Sequence record: MF158044
Origin: Shigella phage Sf18
Length of the DNA: 64,000 bases
Direction: 5' to 3' (one strand)
Each line of letters opens with the position of its first letter. The stretch's first letter is position 1. The translations under genes were made by a program, and so were the position numbers. The notes beneath the pieces are model-generated. The model saw only the letters and a program-made list of their open reading frames with translations, was not told the DNA's origin and did not search any database. This document shows positions 54,173-64,000 of the stretch, piece by piece.

Positions 54173-55525
54173 ATGTGGAATCCAATTGTTAATGTAGATA
54201 TTACATTGAACACAGCAGGAACTACAAGAGAAGGTTTTGGTTTACCATTATTCCTTGCTTCAACAGATAACTTTGAAGAAAGAATCCGTGGTTATACTTC
54301 ATTAACAGAAGTAGCTGAAGACTTTGATGAAAGTACTGCTGCGTATAAAGCTGCAAAACAGCTATGGAGCCAAACTCCAAAAGTAACTCAACTGTATATT
54401 GGTAGAAGAACTATGCAATATACTGTTTCTATTCCTGACACAGTGGCTGAAGGAAGTGAATATTCATTGACAGTTGCTATCGGTGGTGGTGTTTCTCAGC
54501 CATTCCAATACACTGCAAAAGAAAACGACACAGCACTTATTGTCTTGAATGAGTTTAAATCACAGATTGAAGCAAGCCCAACAATTAAAGATGGTGTTAA
54601 TGCTAGTGTAACAGGTACTGGTGCTTCTGCGACGATGATTATTACTAAAGCTGGTGATAATGACTTCGTAAAAGTAACATCTATTACACCTACAACGTCT
54701 ATTGCAGCAACAACTGCTGACACGGCTTCCGCTGCTCTGGCATCCATTGAAACATATTCAACAGATTGGTACTTCATCTCAGCAGAAGACAGAACTCAAC
54801 AGTTTGTCTTGGCAATGGCTTCAGAGATTCAGGCTCGTAAGAAGATTTTCTTCACAGCTAATGCTGACGTTAAGGCTCTGCAAGGCACTGATTTGACCTC
54901 TGCAACAGATGTTCCGGCACAGTTAGCTAAGAGCAAGTACACTCGTACAGTTTGCTTGTGGCATCACACAGCCGAGTTTGACTACCCAGAAATGGCTTAC
55001 ATTGCATATGGTGCTCCATACGATGCAGGTTCAATTGCTTGGGGTAACGCTCAGTTAACTGGTGTTGCAGCATCCCTACAACCTGCTAACCAGAGACCAC
55101 TGACAAGCATTCAGAAGTCAGCTTTGGATACCCGTAGCTGTAACTTCATTGACCTTGATGGTGGGGTTCCTGTAGTGCGCAGAGGTATCACTTCTGGTGG
55201 TGAATGGATTGATATTGTACGTGGTGTTGATTGGCTTGAATCTGATTTGAAAACATCTCTGAGAGACTTGCTAATTAATCAGAAGGGTGGTAAGATTACT
55301 TATGATGATACTGGTATTACCCGTATTCGTCAGGTCATTGAAACATCTCTTCAGCGAGCAGTTAACAGAAACTTTTTGTCAACTTACACCGTTACTGTTC
55401 CTAAAGCCTCACAAGTTGCATTGGCAGATAAGAAAGCACGTATCCTGAAAGACATTACCTTCCACGGTATTCTTGCAGGGGCTATCTTGGATGTTGACTT
55501 GAAAGGCACAGTGGCTTACGAATAA
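54173..55525 (+). CDS. tail sheath protein (putative)
   Basis: 450 aa ORF followed by tube-sized gene, chaperone pair and tape measure. Confidence 0.55.
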   Translation: MWNPIVNVDITLNTAGTTREGFGLPLFLASTDNFEERIRGYTSLTEVAEDFDESTAAYKAAKQLWSQTPKVTQLYIGRRTMQYTVSIPDTVAEGSEYSLTVAIGGGVSQPFQYTAKENDTALIVLNEFKSQIEASPTIKDGVNASVTGTGASATMIITKAGDNDFVKVTSITPTTSIAATTADTASAALASIETYSTDWYFISAEDRTQQFVLAMASEIQARKKIFFTANADVKALQGTDLTSATDVPAQLAKSKYTRTVCLWHHTAEFDYPEMAYIAYGAPYDAGSIAWGNAQLTGVAASLQPANQRPLTSIQKSALDTRSCNFIDLDGGVPVVRRGITSGGEWIDIVRGVDWLESDLKTSLRDLLINQKGGKITYDDTGITRIRQVIETSLQRAVNRNFLSTYTVTVPKASQVALADKKARILKDITFHGILAGAILDVDLKGTVAYE

Positions 55526-55539
55526 AGGAGTAATTAGGA

Positions 55540-55986
55540 ATGGCTATGTATCAGCAATATTCCCCTAAAGATGTAGTTTGTAGCTGGAATGGCATTGCCA
55601 TTGAAGGTTTTGCACCAGACTCATTCTTGCGTCTTCAGAGAAACTCTCCACTTGTTACGCAAGTTGTAGGTGCAGGTGGTCAAGTGGCTCTGACAAGAAA
55701 TGCAGACAAGACAGGTACGATTGAGATTGAGCTAATGCAGACTTCTCTATCAAACCAGATGCTTTCTGCAATTCAAGCTAAACAAGATGACATGGAACTT
55801 GAAGAAGATATCTCATCTAACTTTGTAATTTACGACCCATCTGGTTCAGTTCTGGCAACAGGTATCAATGCTTGGTTGCAAGAGCTTCCACAGATTGAAT
55901 TAGGTCGTGACCAGAACTCGAAAACTTGGATTTTCGGTTGTGAGAAGTTAGACTACACTTCAACAATCCCTGCGTCAAGCGTTTAA
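55540..55986 (+). CDS. tail tube protein (putative)
   Basis: 148 aa ORF after sheath; terminator downstream. Confidence 0.5.
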   Translation: MAMYQQYSPKDVVCSWNGIAIEGFAPDSFLRLQRNSPLVTQVVGAGGQVALTRNADKTGTIEIELMQTSLSNQMLSAIQAKQDDMELEEDISSNFVIYDPSGSVLATGINAWLQELPQIELGRDQNSKTWIFGCEKLDYTSTIPASSV

Positions 55987-55997
55987 CAAATCCTAAT

Positions 55998-56037
55998 AAG
56001 GGGGAGACTGTAAAAGGTCTTCCCCTTTTGTGTTTTT
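55998..56037 (+). terminator. rho-independent terminator after tail tube gene
   Basis: AAGGGGGAGAC-tgtaaaag-GTCTTCCCCTT then T-runs. Confidence 0.55.
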
Positions 56038-56062
56038 ATAGCATAACTTTTAAGGAATCACA

Positions 56063-56464
56063 ATGAAGACTGAAACTAAAATGATTAACGGCAAGAAGGT
56101 AACTATTATTCTTCTTGGAGCAAGAGATGGTATTCGTATCTCTATGAAACTTGGTAAAGCAGTTGTACCAGCATTTGCACAGATGTTCTCTGGTTTAACC
56201 TCTAAAGATGGGGAAGCTAAAATCCCATTTAAAGAACTCGTTGAAGCTTGCTTTGAAAAGGTTGATGAACTAGATATTGATGCAATGGCAGAGACACTAT
56301 TTCAGGGGGCAACAGTTAATGACTTCCCACTGAAAATTGATAGTTACTTCCAAGCGAACTACGGTGAATTTATTGACTTCTTAGCTTTTGCTTTGGAGGC
56401 AAACTTCGGAAGTTTTTTCGAGGCAAGCATTTTCAAAAGCCTAACTTCTCAGCAGGAAGCTTAA
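56063..56464 (+). CDS. tail assembly chaperone (putative)
   Basis: 133 aa ORF immediately upstream of tape-measure gene. Confidence 0.4.
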   Translation: MKTETKMINGKKVTIILLGARDGIRISMKLGKAVVPAFAQMFSGLTSKDGEAKIPFKELVEACFEKVDELDIDAMAETLFQGATVNDFPLKIDSYFQANYGEFIDFLAFALEANFGSFFEASIFKSLTSQQEA

Positions 56465-56472
56465 GTTATTCT

Positions 56473-56700
56473 ATGCAGACCCCGCTGACTGACGGGGCTG
56501 TAAAGGCAACTTATGATGAAGCAGATGAGATGAAATTTGTGCTTGCTATTTATGGTATGGATGGGTGTAAAGAAACACTCAACCAACTTTTTGATATGAC
56601 CTTCGTTGATTTATTATCTCTACGTCAATATTTAGAAATCCAGAAGTCATATAAAGAAGAAATGGCTTACAACGAACTCAGAAAAGCAGGTAAAATTTAA
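56473..56700 (+). CDS. tail assembly chaperone partner (putative)
   Basis: 75 aa ORF whose stop overlaps tape-measure start. Confidence 0.35.
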   Translation: MQTPLTDGAVKATYDEADEMKFVLAIYGMDGCKETLNQLFDMTFVDLLSLRQYLEIQKSYKEEMAYNELRKAGKI

Positions 56701-58936
56701 TGGCACAATATACAGTTGATAGTTTTATTGTTGAACTTGGATTCAGTGAAAAGGTTGTTAAGGGTTTGCAAAGAGTTGAGAAAATGGCTATGCAGTCTGC
56801 TCAACGTATCGAACGCAATATCAATAAAGCCTTTGATGTGAAGCCTAATAGAAGTTCACAAGACGCTCTAAACAGACTTGTAAAAAACGCTCAGACTGCT
56901 TCAGGCAGAATCAATAAATCCCTAAACAATGCTATGAATTTAGATTCACAAGGTGTAAAATCACTTCGTAGATTAGAAACACAGGGTAAGAAAACAGCCA
57001 AAGAAATTAATAAGGCTCTAAGACAAGCTATGAATGTTGAAGGTAAAGTCAATGTTCGTGGTGGAGTTGGTAGAGGCCGTGGTAACACTATCCCTCCGGT
57101 TGGAGGTGGTGGTTCACCTAGAGTTAGACCTGATATTGCTCAAAGACAGATGGAAAGAATGTTTAATAACAACTTCTACTCTGGTTTGACTCGTCGTCTT
57201 GAAACAATTGGTGGACAAGGTAACCAAATGGCTACTTCCTTCAGAGGAAGCTTACAAGGAATCTATAATAAGTACAAAGGTAGTGGTAAAGTTGGTGAGT
57301 ATGAGATGGAAGTCAAGAAACTCATTGACACTACCAAACGTTGGGTTATTGCAGAAAATGCTAGACTTAAGGCAGTCAGAGAGTCAGCTTGGTTACAAGA
57401 CAGAGCAAACTCTTCACTAAGACAGCTTGTAGGTGGTTTTGTTTCAGCGTATGCTATGCTGGAATTAGCTCAGAAGACTATTGATGCAGGTGTAAAGAGA
57501 CAGTCTGCACAGTTAGCCTCAACAGCTATCTTTGGAGGGGATACACAGCAAGCTAGAATGTTCGCTGCTACGTTCTCTCACCAGATTGGTCAGAACTACA
57601 CAGACACTATGAAGCAGTACTCAAACTTCGCTGCTGGTGCTCAACCAGAGTTAGGTTTTAAAGGGACTCAAGAGTTCTATAAGAATGCTGCTATGTTCTC
57701 ACGTATTCGTGGTGCTTCTGATGAAGACTTGAAAGGTATCATGGTTGCTTTCCAGCAAATGGCATCTAAAGGTAAGATTCAGGCTGAAGAACTTCGTGGA
57801 CAGTTAGGTGACCGTTTGGCAGGTGCTGTTCAGTTATTCTCTGATGCTATTGGTAAAACTCCACAAGAACTTGACAAGATGATGAAAGATGGTCAGCTTC
57901 TTGCTAAAGACGTTCTACCAAAAGTCTCAGAAAAAATGAGAGAGCTTGTTGAAGCAGCAGGTGGTATGAATGCAGTTTCTAAGCAGACAGCCACCTCTAT
58001 GGGTCAAGCAAAAGCTATGTGGGATAACACTCTTGTAGCACTTTTCAACAACTCTAGCGAAGGTATTTCACAACTCTCTAACTCAGTTGCAATGTTCTTG
58101 CAAGGTTCCCTTGGTACATCTGAAGCACTTGGTACAGGTATTGGTTACCTTTTAAAAGGTGCTAGTAACCTTCTAGACTTCGTGACAGATATCATGTACC
58201 GCATTTCTTCATTGTACTATACCTCAATGGGCTATTTCAAGGAATTAGATGCTAGTCAACAGAAACTAATCAAGGATTCTGCTGAGTTAGTTGCTACGTT
58301 CACCGCTATTGGTGTCTCAATTGCAGCTATTACAAAAGTCGCTAAAATCTTTGGTGGTACTGTAGCATTTGTCAAGAGTATCTTTGAAGAAGGTATCTTA
58401 GCTAAGATTGCACAGAAGTTTGGATTAACTACAGCAGCAGAAACAGCAGCTACAACGGCTGGTGTATCAGCAACCAGAATGGCTCTTGGTGTAGGTGGTT
58501 CTGCATTAATGTTATCTGGTTCAGTTGACAAGAATGCTGGAAAGAGATTTAACGAGGTTAACACACCTAATCCTTTCAATGAAGCTGTTTCAGGAATCAC
58601 TAATCCAAAACGTCCAATGTTCTTTGACCAGAATGGACAACTTCAGTTTGCACAATATACCACAGACACTTCTGGAAATATTCAGAGAGTTGATAATGGT
58701 TTGTCAAATTGGGATATTATCATGAACAACCTGTCTGAGTCTCTAAATAACTTTGCAAACAAGTTTAACCAGACACCTATGATGATGACTCCTTCTGGAC
58801 TACCATTGCAAACTAAGCAGACGCTTCACGTTTCCTTTAATCTGGATGGTAAGCAGATTGCTACTAAGATGGTGGATATCACTGATAAGAGTCAGGAAGA
58901 TATTCTGTTAAACTCTAGCTACCCAGAGGATGAATA

Positions 58937-58937
<1 letters not shown>
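56700..58937 (+). CDS. tail tape measure protein
   Basis: 745 aa, helical Ala/Gln/Lys-rich with Gly-rich stretch, hydrophobic central segments; canonical position. Confidence 0.65.
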
Positions 58938-61698
<2,761 letters not shown>

Positions 61699-61699
<1 letters not shown>

Positions 61700-62115
61700 T
61701 GAAAACAGATTTTGCAATCAATCTTGGTGGTGACTACGTAGCTAAATTAGGAAATGATTCTGTATACGTTGCTCACGGAGATTTAAAAATTACGGGTAAT
61801 CAGATTAGAATTATCCCAGAAGACGATAAAGCTACTCAGGTAGCTCAAAGATTACATATTAGGTGTCTTCTAAGGGCTGGAGAGGTATTCTTTAATACAT
61901 CTGCTGGATTCCCTTATTTACAGCTTGCTAAGTTCAAGCAGAAGACCTCTATTTTTGATAATTATATGAAAGGTTACCTTGTTGAAACGAGAGATGTAAC
62001 AAACATCTACAACTACTCTTCAACAATGGATAATGCAATGAGAAAAGTGTCAGTAAGATTTAATGCAACGACAACTGCTGACGATGTTGAAATTAATACA
62101 GAGGTAAACATTTAA
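61699..62115 (+). CDS. small baseplate protein (gpW-like position)
   Basis: 138 aa ORF directly before J-like gene. Confidence 0.4.
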
Positions 62116-64000
62116 TGGCTGGATTAACAACTACAGGTTTACAAACAAAAAGATATCAAGAAATCTTGGATGATGTTAAAGCAAGTCTGTATAGAGATAT
62201 CTCACCAAACCTTGATGTTTCTGAAGATAGCGAACTTGGGTTATTCTTAGCTTCTGTTTGCCGAGGTCTTGCAGACGTTCATGAAATCTTGTCAGAAATC
62301 TATGATGGTGGTACTATTGACAAAGCTGAAGGATTCAGTTTAGATGATGTAACAGCTTTGAATGCTGTATACAGATATGTGGCACAGGCTACAAGAGGTC
62401 AAGCTGAGTTCACTGGTAATTCTGGTGCTTCTGTACCAGCCACTACAAGATTAAGAAGCACAGCAGGTAACATCTTTTACCCTGTGTCAACTTTCACACT
62501 GACTCCATCTTACTGTGTAGAGGCAAACTTAGAAGTTAACTCTTTACGAACAGATGCAAACTATGTTATTATCATTGACAACATTGAGTATTCATATCAG
62601 CCGACTAGTTCTGATACCATTACAACATTGCTACAGAAACTTGCAGATGCTATTAATGGTGGTATTATTGCAAAGGCTGAAGTTACTAATGATGGTTCAG
62701 TTCTGAGAATCTATAAAGACACTGGAGATATCATTGCCAGAACTAACCCTATGGTTGTTACTGCAACGACATTCTTAACATTTACAAAGATTACTTCAAT
62801 CAGTGACGTTGTAGCAGATGAAACTGGAGCTATCCAGACTCTTGCAGGAACCTTGATTGAGATTGAAACAACTGTAGATGGTCTCGATAGTGTTTTCAAC
62901 AGATATGACTTGACAACAGGTCGTGATGAGGAAACTGACACAGAACTGAGACAACGTTACTTAGAATCTCTGGCTGTTACTGGTGTAGGTACTCTAGATG
63001 CTATTGTAGCTGCTGTCAAGAGAGTTCAAGGACCATTACAACATTGCTACAGAAACTTGCAGATGCTATTAATGGTGGTATTATTGCAAAGGCTGAAGTT
63101 ACTAATGATGGTTCAGTTCTGAGAATCTATAAAGACACTGGAGATATCATTGCCAGAACTAACCCTATGGTTGTTACTGCAACGACATTCTTAACATTTA
63201 CAAAGATTACTTCAATCAGTGACGTTGTAGCAGATGAAACTGGAGCTATCCAGACTCTTGCAGGAACCTTGATTGAGATTGAAACAACTGTAGATGGTCT
63301 CGATAGTGTTTTCAACAGATATGACTTGACAACAGGTCGTGATGAGGAAACTGACACAGAACTGAGACAACGTTACTTAGAATCTCTGGCTGTTACTGGT
63401 GTAGGTACTCTAGATGCTATTGTAGCTGCTGTCAAGAGAGTTCAAGGTGTGTCTGATGCTTCTGGTGTAGAAAATGATACTGAGACAACAAACTCTGATG
63501 GTCTTCCTCCGAAGTCTTTTAAGATTGTTGTAGTTGGTGGTCAGAATGATAATATTGCACAGGCAATCTGGGACACGAAACCTGCTGGTATTCGCCCATA
63601 TGGTTCAATCTTTGGGACTGCATATGACTTAGGTTCTCTCCCTCACGACGTTTACTTTAGTAGACCAATGCCTAAATACGTTTTTGTCAAGGTTACTTAC
63701 TCTCTTTACGATGAAGAAACTCTTAACATCCCTGAGCAGGATATTCATGACAGAATTGTTCAAGGTATTAATGCCTACGGTAGAACTTTGAAAGTTGGTA
63801 ACGATGTAATCCCTAACAGAATCTATGGACATATCTATGATGTGATTCAAGGTATCGAGATTAATGAGATTAAGGTTGCACTTTCAAATAACCAAGCAAT
63901 TCCACCTGCTGAGGGGCAGTACACAACCTCAAGAATCACTATTGATGGTGACCAGTACACTGTTTGGGAAAGCTCACAGTATACAATTACCAAGGAGTAA
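62115..64000 (+). pseudogene. baseplate J-like protein gene interrupted by a 416-bp tandem duplication
   Basis: N-terminal frame stops at 63122 after junction; original frame resumes and runs to TAA at 63998-64000; deleting one copy restores ~489-aa ORF. Confidence 0.6.
62616..63447 (+). repeat. perfect tandem direct duplication, 2 x 416 bp
   Basis: 62616-63031 identical by eye to 63032-63447; identical translations in ORF track on both strands. Confidence 0.85.

Noticed and set aside
56063-56700. Programmed -1 frameshift joining the two tail assembly chaperone ORFs
   Set aside because: The two ORFs are separated by an intergenic gap with its own start codon and do not overlap; no slippery heptamer at a junction could be identified by eye.
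62711-63357. Two identical 76-aa minus-strand ORFs (62711-62941 and 63127-63357)
   Set aside because: Antisense to the baseplate J-like gene; identical only because they fall within the two copies of the 416-bp duplication.

Overview
This 64-kb window reads as a contiguous segment of a virulent, AT-rich myovirus genome; gene content (aerobic and anaerobic ribonucleotide reductases, Prs-like/Nampt-like pair, rIIA/rIIB-like genes, a tRNA array, P2/Mu-type contractile-tail genes) resembles Felix O1-like phages, but that is inference from the sequence, not a database result. Layout: plus-strand genes 1-27.7 kb (nucleotide metabolism, NAD module, rII-like genes, lysis accessories, macro-domain protein, then about 19 small cassette-driven genes); an ORF-free, repeat-dense 1.5-kb region (27.77-29.3 kb); a minus-strand operon of 18 tightly overlapping genes including a T4-lysozyme-like endolysin (29.3-37.65 kb); then plus-strand again: a vWA-domain protein, an array of 27 tRNA genes covering all 20 amino acids (40.07-45.01 kb) and the packaging/head/tail module (45.2-64.0 kb). 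Main second-look items: the Prs-like/Nampt-like pair plus a macro-domain protein (candidate NAD+/ADP-ribose counter-defence toolkit); the ORF-free region with ~11-bp-phased TGTTA(A/G) repeats; the small-gene island with reused promoter/dyad/RBS cassettes; conserved structured spacers and three class-I tRNAs with leucine anticodons in the tRNA array; and a perfect 416-bp tandem duplication that frameshifts the baseplate J-like gene at the window's 3' end. All coordinates and folds were read by eye; starts reported by the ORF track at GTG/TTG were moved to in-frame ATGs with a Shine-Dalgarno where one was evident.
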